Assembly: GCF_964355755.1 (NCBI RefSeq)
Contig: NC_092670.1
Span: 2,904,201-2,968,200, forward strand
Length of the DNA stretch: 64,000 bases
Source of the DNA: Antedon mediterranea
Lineage: Eukaryota; Animalia; Echinodermata
Reading direction: 5' to 3'
Positions 1 to 13,022 of this stretch are shown one piece after another. The notes below the pieces were generated by a model, which was given only the letters and a program-made list of their open reading frames with translations, made no database searches and was not told where the DNA came from. A program made the position numbers and the translations under genes. Positions within the stretch are counted from its first letter, which is position 1. The number at the start of each line of letters is the position of its first letter.

Positions 1-1064
1 ACGAAAGCTCAGACCCCCTAAGACCTAAGATCACGAAAGCTAAGACCCAACACCTAAGATTACAAATACTAAGATATACTACAGCTTAAAAACAATACTT
101 GTTTATCCATACATAATTTTAAACACAGTAGGTTTCATTTATTACCATAAATATAATTTAATACTACCGCAAAACATAGATAAACTCACATTATTTTCGC
201 CCGTTGAGTAAATGTATATTTTTTCTTTACAACAAACAAACTTGACGGGTTGTTTGTTGGTATATATTTACTCCATTGTGTTGGTTCAGAGGATGTTTTT
301 CTTACGCACCTGCCTTTCTTGTATTTTGACTCCAAATTTGTTGACTAACTTTATCTTGAACACCACACTTTAAAATTAGGACTTATAAGTACTTTTAGAA
401 GGAGAAACACATAATAACAAATAAATAAATCCTTTAAATTGATGATTTTACAGATGTGTTTCTTTGTATACTGTAATGACAATGTAACTCCTCGAGCTCC
501 CCATGCTCAATGTTTTTGTTTCTATGGAGCGCCAAAAGAGCAACAATAATAGTACAAGTATAAAAACAGAAAGAAAACGAAACAAAAAAACTTATCATGA
601 TTTTTAAATTAAAATTTATTTGCCAGTATTTATTTCTTCGTACTTGCATGATTATACTATTATCATTACAATTTTAATTTTACATTGTTCCATCCACACT
701 GTAGATGGACTCCACAGAGTTTTCAGCCCTCTATATAATTTTTGCTCTTTTGACGTTCCATAGAAACAAAAACATTGAAAATGGCCCATGGGGTAGGCCT
801 CTGTACTGTAGGCTAGTAATTTTGTGTGCGAGAAAAACGTCTGTAAAATCATCAATTTAAAAATGTATTTGTTACTTTTTATGTGATTCTTTTTCATGAA
901 AGTGCCAATTCTAAGGTGTGGTATTCAGAATAAATGTTGGGAGTTAAAAATACAAGGCAGGTGCGAAAGATAAATATTTGTAATCTTAGGTGTTGGGTCT
1001 TAGCTTTCGTGATCTTAGGTCTTAGGGGGTCTGAGCTTTCGTGGTCTGAGCTTTCGTGACACCC
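1..1064. mobile_element. Non-autonomous foldback DNA transposon (MITE-like), left end cut by the window edge
   Basis: 1-68 (acgaaagctcagaccccctaagacctaagatcacgaaagctaagacccaacacctaagattacaaata) is the reverse complement of ~975-1042, which ends ...gctttcgtgacaccc at 1064. The interior (~300-560 vs ~720-970) is also inverted. Confidence 0.8.
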
Positions 1065-1154
1065 TTTCTTTGGGCTATATCCAATGAATTACTACTTAGT
1101 GTAATGTCTTGCCTAGCTGTCGATTAGCCTCGACTCGACACATTTTACATAGTG

Positions 1155-1173
1155 GTGTGTGTGTGTGTGTGTG
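1155..1173. repeat. (GT)n microsatellite
   Basis: gtgtgtgtgtgtgtgtgtg seen directly. Confidence 0.9.
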
Positions 1174-1649
1174 AAGAAGAGTGCGCGAAGGCAATCACGT
1201 GAATTGACTTAGAATCCTAGGCCTACTGTAAAAGTATCGTATCGCAGTTGTGTAATCACTTCTTGTTGCTATACGCTTGGGTGCACACGGAACAAGAAAA
1301 TTTAACTGATGAATTATTCATGTTAATTTTGTAACGTTTCATGAGGGGGTCCCCAACTTATGTACGAAAAAAAAAATCGCAAACGGGCCCATAGAGATTC
1401 CGTGTAATGAGATTTTAATTGCAAAAAAGGCTACTTGGCTGAATCCTAACATTTGGTGGATTCCCGGTCGCCGTTACCGTGTTGGAAGTGTCCTCAGGGT
1501 CTATTTTGACCTCTCGTTAAAACAGGTCGTAATATAAATCATGTCATGCGACGTTGCTAACAAGATTGGGCCCATTTATTGCTGCTTCGCTGCCAGCAAT
1601 CATCCTCCTACCACGTCTTATTTTACGCCTAGCCATAAATCAGCATTAA

Positions 1650-4556
1650 AGTTGTATTGTCCCCCAAAACATGAAAAATAAAGATGAAAAAAATCAAATT
1701 TTGAATAGACCATTTTGTAGTTATAATAAAGTTATTCACTTTCGCAGAAAAAAAATCCGAAAAAATATTGATTTCGCTTATAAAAAATCAAAATAAGTTT
1801 ACCATTTTTTCGAACTCATAAGTTCAGAAATTCCAAAATAACGATGGTTAGCTAACAGCTCATAAATATTCATGATATGTTAATGAGTATCCAAACAGGG
1901 GAGATCCGATCTGTTCACCACGTAAACAAACATGTGCGAAGAACAGAAGAAAGTGCTGGGGTTTCCCTGATCATATGATGTAAAAAGCTCTGCCGTTAAT
2001 TTGCTGGTAAGTAGAATTCTATTTTAGATGAATGACACATCCTCCTATAATAGTTTTTGGCGTATAGTTATAGGCTTAGCTATCTAGGCTAGGGCTATAA
2101 TATAAGCCTACTTCTACTATCTAGTAGAGCCTACTAGGCCTAGTTAGTACTGTAGTTTACTACTACTGTGTAGTGTAGTGTAGCAGCAGCTGTAGGCAGG
2201 CAGATAATCGGGTCAGAAAAGAAGACGGGAACCCACTTTGAGGCCTAGCTAGGTCATATATGTCGTACTCACCTAGCTAAGCCATCACTCCACAACTAGC
2301 TACAGGAAATAGGCCTACTATGTTGATGTACCACTGATATACATTTGGAGCTCGAATTAATTTTAAAGTCTAAAAAAGACTAACTGATGACAAAAAACGA
2401 ACATTTGGAAAATGATCAGCATACAGTACCAAAGAAGTTGACGGTAGAATAGATTGTTGTTGATAGCAACCAAAACGAAAACACTAGTAATTAGACTAGG
2501 CCTTTTTTAGGGAGGAGATGCACTTTTCAGGGATTCCTTACTGTACATTAGTACCCCAAATTGAAAACTTCAGATTCATGTACAGAAATAATAATTATAT
2601 GTATGCAATAAATTGTGAAATATTTAACTTTTCTATTTGACTTTTGTATTTATACATCATTGTTTTTCAATTTATAGACTTAAGCTAATGAAGACTGGAA
2701 CAGAAGTTACACCCATACAGCATTTTAAAGGCAACTGGCAGTAGACTCGGTAGTGGAACACAAGATAAATATTGGATGACTATCATAAAGCATTAGGCAA
2801 ATGTGTTGGTTGTTTTCCAGCTTTTAAAATGTTGTATAGTTTTCATAATTCGAGCAATAACATTTGTATACAGCATTAAATAAATAAAAAATACTACTAC
2901 AGTACATGAGATAAAATCACCATAATTTTAATGTGTGAAGATTTACAGTACAGTACAGTAAAAAATGAGTTAATTACTAGTATATTTCATTGAATTTCTG
3001 CATTATTGTTGACAATTTATTTTCAACTATTAATTGATGTGTTGATTGTGGCATTACAGCAATAGCTTGTTGTAGTGAATTTATTTTAGTTGGTTCCGAG
3101 CTTTCTCAGGCGTATATATTTCCACGCGACGTACACAGCTGTCACTGAATGATAACTCATACAAAAGGTATATTTAACTCAACTAGAACTTTTATTCCTT
3201 GTAATTCGATTAATACATCTTTCTACCACTACCAGTCAAGCCTTAATATTCTCTTTATCATCTTTCCGTTTATCTACTCTGATCTTATTCTCTCTTCTTC
3301 TCTAATATCTATTACATTCCACTTTTATACTGGATATGCAAATTTTAGGCTTCAGAGGAGGATAACATTTTCCCTCCAAAAATTATACGATTTTGATTGG
3401 CTAATAATATAAGGCGGACCTGGTCTAAAGCATCCTTCTCTAAACACAGAGAATCACAACATAAATAATATGACACTTGTCTTCTGTGATTGTTCATCCA
3501 TTTTAAAGTGTCATAGTAAGAAACGTTCAAATAAATATTGTGAATGTTGCTACCACATTTTGTGTTGATTTCTTCACCATTTTCCACTACTTGCTCATAT
3601 TGTTCATTCAAGTGTGTTAATACCTATTAAAAGAAAGACATTATTTATTAAAATATGTACATAAAAAGTTTAATTGTGTGAACGTTGGTTTGAACGTTAT
3701 TGCTTTGGAAGAATTTTCAACATAACGGTACTAAGTACTGTAAAGTACACATTCCAAAAAATATTCAACTTAGATTATTTGGTCATTTTCTCTAAAATAA
3801 TTACATTATTGGATGTACAGTATAGGCCTAGTTACAATTTTCACAAATTTATATTAGCATTAAAATCTAATTAATCATGAAGGAAAAACCAAGCACCATA
3901 ATCTCTCCTGGCCCTGGTGGTGACCTTATTTTCTATTTTTGGCAGCCATTCACAAGTTTTCGCTTTTTGAGTTTCGCTGCTCTTATGTATAATTTTTTTT
4001 AATCACAAACTCTACATAGAAAAGAAAATTAAATGTTTTAAAATGAATGAAAAGTGATATGAATAATGATAAACTAAAGAGTATTATTAATATTATAGTA
4101 TTATACTAAAAATAAGACGAGTTGGTGGTGTCGAAATTCACACAAGTCACAATAAAACCATGGAGGTATAAAATATTTTATTTTTATACCTCATGCTAAA
4201 ACCTTATTCCTTACTCCATGCTCACAGATGAATGTTATAGGCCTAATCCTATTTAAAGCTAGGTTGGCAATAACTATTAATAAGGCTTACAAGTTGTATC
4301 TATTAGTATTAGCTAGGCCTGCTACTCACTCAGGGTGAACCCTCACTCAGGCCTACAACTAGGCCTAGTACTACTACCACTACTAGACTAGCTACTACTC
4401 TAGGACTAGCCGGTTGACTATTTTTTACTTTAAATTACGATTTTCTAAGGTAAATAATTTTTTTTTTGATCCAATTTTTTTTCAAAGTGAATAACTTTTA
4501 TGTATCATTAAAATGGCCTTTAAAAAAAAAAAATTGTTCAGGGGGACAATACATCT
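1650..4556. mobile_element. Kolobok-like non-autonomous DNA transposon, 2.9 kb
   Basis: ttaa|agttgtattgtccccc ... gggggacaatacatct|gtaa. Same TIR family as 53837-54171. TTAA target with purine-purine termini is typical of Kolobok. Confidence 0.65.
4159..4195. mobile_element. Mini-palindrome with 7-bp flanking duplication (P-type transposon footprint)
   Basis: ataaaac|catggaggtataaaa...ttttatacctcatg|ctaaaac. Confidence 0.5.
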
Positions 4557-5560
4557 GTAAATAAGCCAGTGGGTAAATCTTTATGGAATTCATTCAAAAG
4601 GAAAGCAATATGCTTAACATTGAATGTGAAAGATATAACAATAAAGAAACAAGTATAGAAAAATGGGTAGCTTTAAGAAATACTATTATGTTAATATAAA
4701 TTCTAATTTGCTCGATTATCAGAAAAGGAATTCACAGTGATACGAGTTACAGGTGGTGCTGATCTGATTTAATTCGTTTTATCTTGTATATAAATACATT
4801 GTATAATCCGGGTTGTAAAATTAAAACAAACAATTGAAAATCTCACAAATTCTTTATGTGTAAAATATTTTAAAACAAAGAACATTAATGAAAATAGGAG
4901 GCAATACGGAATTCATAAATGTAAAAATGTTACTGATGAATTGTAACGACATTGGGAATTAACAAATGTGTTAAATAATATGATTTTATGTAATGACATG
5001 AGATAATATAATGAATGTGGATAAAAGTGGTGTTTGCACCACAAAAAAAAAAAAAAAAGCTATCGATGGAATGGTGGGTACGAAATCCATGATAATTTAG
5101 TTACTTATCTAAAATAAATTCGACGGGAACCTGATTTTACAAGAGGACCTCTTATATGAGTTTGTGAGGACTCCGTTTATAGAGGACATCTTAATATCTG
5201 TCATGTTCTAAAGACTCCTTAATATCAGTTCAAATTGATCAGTTTTTTTTCTAATGAAGAATCTGGGCAATTTACAATCAAGCAACAACACCACATAATT
5301 CTACGTGAATTCTGCTGTACGTGAGCTAGCCTTAATAATACCGCCTGATTACGGTATATAGATAGGCCTACAGTATTAGCTTCAGAATAAATGACGACGC
5401 ATTCTACAGATATTAAAACAAAATGAAAATATTAAATTGGCTTCGTCGAAATGTTGTACCTTGATAGACAGACCCCCAAGCAGACAGCCCACATTACTGT
5501 ACAGACAATCTGCACTGCAGCACAATCTATTGGTTTTAACTGTACACGCGGTGATTCAAC

Positions 5561-5590
5561 CAGGGAAGAGTTAAATTTAACTCTTCCCTG
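5561..5590. mobile_element. Perfect 30-bp palindrome with 7-bp TSD (P-type transposon footprint)
   Basis: attcaac|cagggaagagttaaatttaactcttccctg|attcaac. Confidence 0.65.
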
Positions 5591-5885
5591 ATTCAACTAA
5601 AAGTAGTAAAAACATTTTGGCACACTTCAAGGCGTATCATATAATTTGCGGACCATGACCGAAGCACTTCCGCTTCGATCTATTCGACGAAAATCAAAAA
5701 AGGATAACTATTTTCTGCTTTATATTTAATTTAATGTAATAGCTTGATCTAATAACAGGCGTAACAACACAGAATACATATTGTAGTTTAATACTGGCTC
5801 AAATATGTTTGTTTTATATAAACTGCATTTTACAAAATTACAATAGAACTTCATTTTGCAATAGTACCTAATTTGGCGCCTTAGA

Positions 5886-6599
5886 GGGTATTGCTAAACA
5901 CCGCAAACCCCCGCAAACCTCCAAAAAAACATAGCAAACTTCACCGAACCAACATTAAAGTGATTGAATCATGTAGTGTACAACCCACTGTGTATATTAA
6001 TGTTAAAAAAAAATTTAATTTCTACTGTTAACAACTTATTTTGGGGGTAAAACATCATTTTTTTGGTCAAAAATGATTGCTAAACCCCGCAAACCTCCAA
6101 AAAACTATAGCAAACCCCACCGAACCAACATAAAAGTGATTAAATAATGTAGTGTACGACCCACTGGGTATATAAATTATTAAATTTCTATTGTTAACTA
6201 ATTTTTGGGGGATAAAACATCCTTTTTTGGTTAAAAATTAGCAATCATTTTTGACCAAAAAATTATGTAAATAAGTAGTTAACAGTAGAAATTTAATATT
6301 TTTTTTACATGGATATACCTAGTGAGTTGTACACTACATGATTCAATCACTTTTATGTTGGTTCAGTGGGGTTTGCTATATTTTTTTGGAGGTTTGCAGG
6401 GTTTAACAATCAATTTTGACCAAAAAAATGATGTTTCACCCCAAAAATAATTAGTTAACAGTAAAAATGTAATATTTTTTTTACATGGATATACCCAGTG
6501 GGTTGTACACTACATGATTCAATCACTTTTATGTTGGTTCGATGGGGTTTGCTATGTTTTTTTGGAGGTTTGCGGGGGTTGCGGGGTTTAGCAATACCC
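5886..6599. mobile_element. Foldback MITE with 8-bp TSD
   Basis: gccttaga|gggtattgctaaac ... gtttagcaataccc|gccttaga. Each arm holds two ~177-bp tandem units and the whole element is an inverted repeat. Confidence 0.85.
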
Positions 6600-7131
6600 G
6601 CCTTAGACGCCAAATTAAGTGCGGTACCTCATTTGGCAGTGGTACCTCATTTGGCGTGACAGGGCCAACTCGTTCGTAGTGGTAGTAGGCCTCTATCATT
6701 TCCAACTCCAAACAGAAGAAAAAATAACATCGCAAAAATGGCATCTTCTTCCATAGTGTATAGATGAAACAATGAAACCCTTAAAATAACTTTTATTAAA
6801 TGAACCGAGAACAACATTAACACAATGCAAACGTGAACGAATACAATAATGAAAATGGTAAAAACCGCGCGAATACATCGGACAGCGAGGAGGCGACGAT
6901 GATTGTTGACAACTCCGCCAATTCAAGCGATCAACGATTTGACCTTTTATCCTAGCATGCACTGTGTGTTGATGAAACTTCCGGTACAACACGGTATCGT
7001 GATTTCTAGTGTATAGTACAGTAAACAACAGCAAACGTTAAGGTGGGTTGATCTCGGTCCCAACAACACGCTAAAAATTAAAGCCATGTTCAAATTTAGG
7101 GTGTTGTATAAACACGACCTTCAAGTCAGAG

Positions 7132-7263
7132 GTTATTAGCGGATATTATCCTGTCTCAAGATTGTTCAAGTCAAGTTTAGTTCTATGTAAGTTTACAGTT
7201 GCTGCTACCATCGCGTTATTAGTGGATATTATCCTGTCTCAAGATTGTTCAAGTCAAGTTTAG
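7132..7263. repeat. Direct duplication of ~49 bp at the truncation point of the gag remnant
   Basis: gttattag(c/t)ggatattatcctgtctcaagattgttcaagtcaagtttag occurs at ~7132 and ~7215. Confidence 0.8.
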
Positions 7264-7272
7264 GCCTAGTTC

Positions 7273-8428
7273 TTAGTCTGGGCTCCAGATTTTTATTTTA
7301 TGTCCCTTCTCCTTACAATTGAAGCATAGGCCATTAATCCATTCATTTGAAGGTTCTCTCTGTTGGAAATTTCTACCATAGTTATGGAATTTGCCTCCCC
7401 TTCCGCGATACCTATTGTATCCTTCTTGCTGCCTAGCTCCAGGGTTATTCTGAGTCGTACTATTCTTGGGTTTACTGTTTTCTTGGCCCTTATAATATGT
7501 AGGCTTATTTTCAGAATTTACGGCATTCCAATAGCCACGGCCACCTCTATTAGCTATATAATCATCGGCTATCCTAGCCATATCATAGCTCTTATTTACT
7601 TGTTTATCTCTAAGATAAAGCCTCAGATCTTCAGGCATTTTATCAAGTGCCTGTTCCATTATAATCATTTCAATAATGCCTGCAGCATCATCTTCTTTTA
7701 CATTAGCACATTTCATCCAACATTTTAAATAATGAGAGAGCTCATTCAGCCATTCCCTGATGGACATATCTTTAACTCTGTTTGAATTTCTAAATTTAAG
7801 TCTGTAGGTCTCTGCGGACACATCATACTTTTCTAAGATTGCCTTCTTTAAGGTATCATAATCTACACATTCTTTTACGGTTAAGGATGCATATGCTGTC
7901 CTAGCTTTACCAGACAGTTCAGGTGCTAACCTAGCGGACCACGTATTCTTATCCCAACCTGTGGCTTCTGCCAAGTGTTCAAATGTTCTAAAATATATAT
8001 CAATATCATCTGATTCCTTCAAAGTAGGAACCTTTACCTTCATTTCATCTACTATATTCCTAGCATTACTGTAGCTAGACCTATTTTCTAATTCCATCAT
8101 TTTCACTCTTTCTTGTGATTCAATTTTTCTTTGCTCTATATCTATTTTCTTTTGCTCTATATCTGCTTCTAATCTTAATTGGTCTTGTTGGTATTGTAAT
8201 TCTAACTTTTTGTTTTCGGCCTCGGCCTCGAACTTCATTCGAAAATATTCGAGCATCATATCTTTAGGCCTACCGCCGGGTCACATTTCGGGCAAATCAA
8301 TATCCCTAGCCATGTTATCCATACATTTCATTGACTTGGTCAACCTCTTCTTGGTCAACCATCTCTTCCCTAGTATCTTTTTCTGACATAGTCTTATCTA
8401 TATTTTTACCCGATCTTAAAGTTGTCAT
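7273..8428 (-). pseudogene. Ty3/Gypsy (Gmr1-like) LTR-retrotransposon gag remnant with SCAN-like capsid and broken zinc knuckle
   Basis: ORF 7273-8259 has a coiled coil, DIDIYFRTFEHLA..W..W..L.GKARTAY...YD.LKKAIL..Y....E.YR.KFR, EQ.L..MP.DLR.YL and CFNCKEKGH. An upstream MTTLRSGK start at 8428 is cut off by a stop. No pol is present. Confidence 0.85.
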
Positions 8429-9111
8429 GCTAATAACAATTTTACTAATGAAATATGTAAACTTATGTATACAAAATATGTTATAAAAGTATTTGTATTA
8501 CCTTGATTAATATGAAATCCACATAAATTCTTAAATGCAATACAATATAAGACATTAATTTACTTCAAAGTCACAAACAACGTTCCAAGTTCGCTCCGTA
8601 CAAAAATTTACTTTCGAAATAAAAAATAGTTTACAAAGTCAGCTTTGCAAATCTTCTCCAACTTTACTGGGCTTCCTTCTGTTACTTCAGTCTTCTTCTT
8701 TCAGACCTCGGTGAATATACTGTATGTATGCATCTACGGTGTCTCTTATTAAGCATGTGTGTTGAATTGTATATATGCTGTGTGTACTGTACAGTTATAG
8801 TTTACCGTATTTTCTGCACTTAATTTCGGACAGAGACTAACTAAACCTTTTCGACATCCAGGAATTATTATAGAATATTATATATTATAGAATTGATGGA
8901 GTGGAGTTGTGGCTACCAATTCAAGGGTCCTGGGTTCAAGTCCTGTCATATGTCAGGATTTTTTCTAATGACAAATTATAGTAGGCATGTTAAGGAGCAT
9001 ATTTTAGGCAAATCCTTCAAATTGTGATAACATTTTGAAACTTTGCACAGTTATTCATTAGGGTGTCAAAAATATGAAATGGAAGGGTTGCACAAAATTT
9101 GGTCAGGGGAA

Positions 9112-10030
9112 AGCCGCCATTTTGGATTTCAAAATGGCTGACCTCAAATTTTCACTTGTCAGGTATATCTCTGCTAAAGAGGCACCTAGAGTTCTGATTT
9201 TACCTGCAAAATATATGGTAGTGGGGTCACCAAACATATTGGTATAATTAACATTTGATTGCATGGCGGCCATGTTGGATTTCAAAATGGCGGACTTCAA
9301 ATTTTCACTTTTCAGGTATATCTCTGCTAAAAAGGCACCTAGAATTGTGATTTTAGGTGCAAATTATAATTATGGTAATGGGGTCACCAAACATATTGGT
9401 ATAACTAACATTTTAATTGCATGGCGGCCATGTTGGATTTCAAAATGGCGGACCCCAATAACTTTTCAGGTATATCTCTGCTAAAAAGGTACACAGTGCT
9501 CTGATTTTAGATGCAAATTATATGGTAATGGGTCACCAAACATATTGGTATAATTAACATTTGATTGCATGGCGGCCATGTTGGATTTCAAAATGGCGGA
9601 CTTCAAATTTTCACTTTTCAGGTATATCTCTGCTAAAAAGGCACCTAGAATTGTGATTTTAGGTGCAAATTATAATTATGGTAATGGGGTCACCAAACAT
9701 ATTGGTATAACTAACATTTTAATTGCATGGCGGCCATGTTGGATTTCAAAATGGCGGACCCCAATAACTTTTCAGGTATATCTCTGCTAAAAAGGTACAC
9801 AGTGCTCTGATTTTAGGTGCAAATTATATGGTAATGGGTCACCAAATATATTGCTATTTAACTAACATTTTGATTGCATGGCGGCCATTTTGAATTTCAA
9901 AATGGCAAGCTCAAAATGTTTCAGTACGGTACCTACAGTTATAATTTTAGGTACAAAGTATAATATGGTATTGAGGTCAACAAACATATTGGTATAACGT
10001 CTTTGATTGCATGTCGGCCATTTTGAATGT
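9112..10030. repeat. Subterminal ~153-bp tandem repeats of the Academ element, left arm
   Basis: Recurring gccatgttggatttcaaaatggcgg. Exact 306-bp periodicity is shown by identical ORFs at 9263 and 9569. Confidence 0.85.
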
Positions 10031-10039
10031 AGCTCAAAC

Positions 10040-11030
10040 CTGGTAACCACACAGCTCTGTACATCATAAATCACTCTTTCTGCATTTACAGCGTCCAAGA
10101 TCACAGTCGGTGTGTCACAGCAATTTGTGACATCTGAAAGTTCCGGCAATGAACTCCAAACTGGACTAAATTTGTTGCCGTCCTTCCTCCATCCCCAGTT
10201 TGCTGGGTCCTGTTCAACCCTGAATGCATCTAGACAGTTGTACCACTTTCTGGCTTGTAGAAAAGACCGTTTCACATGTTCTCTTAATGCCGCAGATGTT
10301 GGGGGGATATTTTCAATAGTCTGTAGTGAAAAGATATCGTCTTGCATCATTTACCTTCTTTCTACATAGTTACAACAAACTGTTCTAGATAATCTGTGTC
10401 ACTAACATCCCCTACAAACAATGACATCGTCTCAAATTCCTTTCCTTGAACAGATGAAGTTGTATTACAACTGCTAAAAGAATGAAAGAACAAGTAAGCG
10501 GCTGATGCTTGTGATCCAAGAGAAGTAATCTTGTGTATTGAGATATACTTCAAGTGCTTCCCCACTCCAAACTCGATCCAAAGCCCGTGGATGCCAGGTA
10601 TTCTGTGGAAAGTTGACAATGAAATAACCACAACATCACTGTCTACAGTCTTGACAAGAATGCGCGGAAAAATGTTAGCGGCATGTTTAACATGAACAAA
10701 CATACGTTCATCTGCCTCTTCTATGTTACATGGCATCAGCGGTTTTATATTTACAGACTGGTTTGTTACAGCTCTGTCTCTCAGAGACCCTACAAACATT
10801 CCGTGATTTGTGTCAATGTTCTCTACTACTTCAGTTACAATTAATGAAACAACTCTGATTTGTTGTCATCATATCTCGAATATGTGGTCCAATTGTTGGG
10901 CATGCTCCCACTGGCTTTGACGCCCCTCCTTACACCAGAGCCGCGGTTTGAACGCGTACTAGACTTTAAACCGTCGTTAAAGTATCTATCGAAAACCAAA
11001 TCTGGTCACGTCACTGATCGAAGTTGATGG
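10040..11030 (-). pseudogene. Academ transposase C-terminal remnant (XPG/FEN1-like region), copy 1
   Basis: PCNIEEADERMFVHV.HA, TVDSDVVVI, LWIEFGVGK, FFHSFSSCNTTSS, ENIPPTSAAL.EHVKR..LQA, DPANWGW; frameshifted. Confidence 0.8.
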
Positions 11031-11039
11031 TCTATATAT

Positions 11040-12180
11040 GGTTGTTAGATGGACCAGCAATAATCAATATGTTCAGGCCCAATGATTCGAAGACATTCAT
11101 TGAGTATATATCAAGTGTCATACAACCATCAACTTCGATCAGTGACACGACTAGATTTGTTTTTCGATAGATACTTTAACGACAGTTTAAAGTCTGGTAC
11201 GCGTTCAAACCGCGTCTCTGGTGTAAGGAGGGTCGTTAAAGCCAGCGGGAGCTTGCCCAACAATTGGACCACATTTTTTAGATTTGATGACAACAAATCA
11301 GAGTTGTTTTCATTTATTTTACCTGAAGTAGTAGAGAACATTGGCACAAATCACGGAATGTTTGTAGGGTCTTTGGGAGACAGAGCTGTAACAAACCAGT
11401 AAATATACAATCGCTGATGCCATGTAACATAGAAGAGGCAGATGAACGTATGTTTGTTCACGTTAAACTTGCCGCTGAAATTTTCCACGCATTGTCAAGA
11501 CTGTACACAATGATGTTGTTGTCAGCTTTCCACAGAATACCTGGCATCCACGAGCTTCGGATCGAGTTTGGAGTGGGGAAGCACTTGAAGTACATCCCAA
11601 TACACGAGATTGCTTCTTCTCTTGGATCACAAGCATCAGCCGCTTACTTGTTCTTTCATACCATTAGCGGTTGTGATAGAACTTCATCTGTTTAAGGAAA
11701 AGGTAAAGCTACATTTAACGAGACTTTGAAAAAGATGCCATGTATGACTCCATTTTTTGAGAGGATGTCATTGTCTGTAGGGCATGTTAGTGAAACAGAC
11801 ACAGATTATCTAGAACAGTTTGTTGTAACTATGTCTACTGCAGAATATTTAATGATGCAAGACGATATCTTTTTACAACAAGAGAAAGACTATTGAAAAT
11901 ATCCCCCAACATCTGCGGCATTAAGAGAACATGTGAAACGGAAGCCAGGAAGTGGTACGACTGTCTAGATGCATTCAGGGTTGAACAGGACCCAGCGAAC
12001 TGGGGATAGAGGAAGGACGGCAACACATTTAGTCCAGCTTGGAGTTCATTGCCGGAACTTTCAGATGTCACAAAGGTTTTAATTCGCTGTGGACACACCA
12101 ACTGTGATTTTGGATGCTGTAAATGCAGAAAGAGTGATTTACGATGCACAGAGCTGTGTGGTTGCCAGGGAAAATGTAAC
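11040..12180 (+). pseudogene. Academ transposase C-terminal remnant, copy 2 (inverted)
   Basis: DGPAIINMFRP..SKTF.EY, RLDLFFDRYF.DSLKSGTR..R..GVRR.V, P.NW..F.R.DDNKSELFSF, PCNIEEADERMFVH, GCDRTSS; stops and frameshifts. Confidence 0.8.
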
Positions 12181-12259
12181 CTACAATAAGTGTCCGTGTT
12201 AAATGCATGTAATTATGAACATAAACAAATAGTGTAAAGCCAGTACGGGTTGAGCTACA

Positions 12260-13022
12260 TTCAAAATGGCCGCCATGCAATCAAAGACGTTATACCAATA
12301 TGTTTGTTGACCTCAATACTATATTATACTTTGTACCTAAAATTATAACTGTAGGTACCGTACTGAAACATTTTGAGTTCGCCATTTTGAAATTCAAAAT
12401 GGCCGCCATGCAATAAAAATTTCAGTTAAATACCAATATGTTTGGTTACCCATTACCATATAATTGGCACCTAAAATCAGAACTCTGTGTACCTTTTTAG
12501 CAGAGATACCTGAAAAGTGAAAATTTGAAGTCCGCCATTTTGAAATCCAAAATGGCCGCCATGCAATCAAAATGTTAGTTATACCAATATGTTTGGTGAC
12601 CCCATTAACATATAATTTGCACCTAAAATCAGAACTCTAGGTGCCTTTTTAGCAGAGATATGCCTGAAAAATGAAAATTTGAAATCTGCCATTTTGAAAT
12701 CCAACATGGCCGCCATGGAATCAAAATGTTAGTTATACCAGTATGTTTGGTGACCCCACTACCATATAATTTGCACCTAAAATCAGAACTCTAGGTGCCT
12801 CTTTAGCAGAGATATACCTAAAAAGTGAAAATTTGAAGTCCGCCATTTTGAAATCTAAAATGGCCGCCATGCAATTAAAATGTTAGTTATACCAATATCT
12901 TTGTTGACCCCATTACCATATAATTTGCACCTAAATTCAGAACTCTAGGTGCCTATTTAGCAGAGATATACCTGAAAAGTGAACAATTTGGGTCCGCCAT
13001 TTTGAAATCCAAAATGGCGGCT
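12260..13022. repeat. Subterminal ~152-bp tandem repeats of the Academ element, right arm
   Basis: Recurring ccgccattttgaaatccaaaatggccgccatg, the reverse complement of the left-arm repeats. Confidence 0.85.

Noticed and set aside
7363-7728. 121-aa plus-strand ORF
   Set aside because: Antisense shadow of the gag ORF.
8893-8950. Functional tRNA gene
   Set aside because: Only a B-box/T-arm-like piece is present, with no complete cloverleaf.
9103-9790. Repeated 65-73-aa ORFs (MAAMLDFKMA...)
   Set aside because: Translations of the transposon's subterminal tandem repeats.
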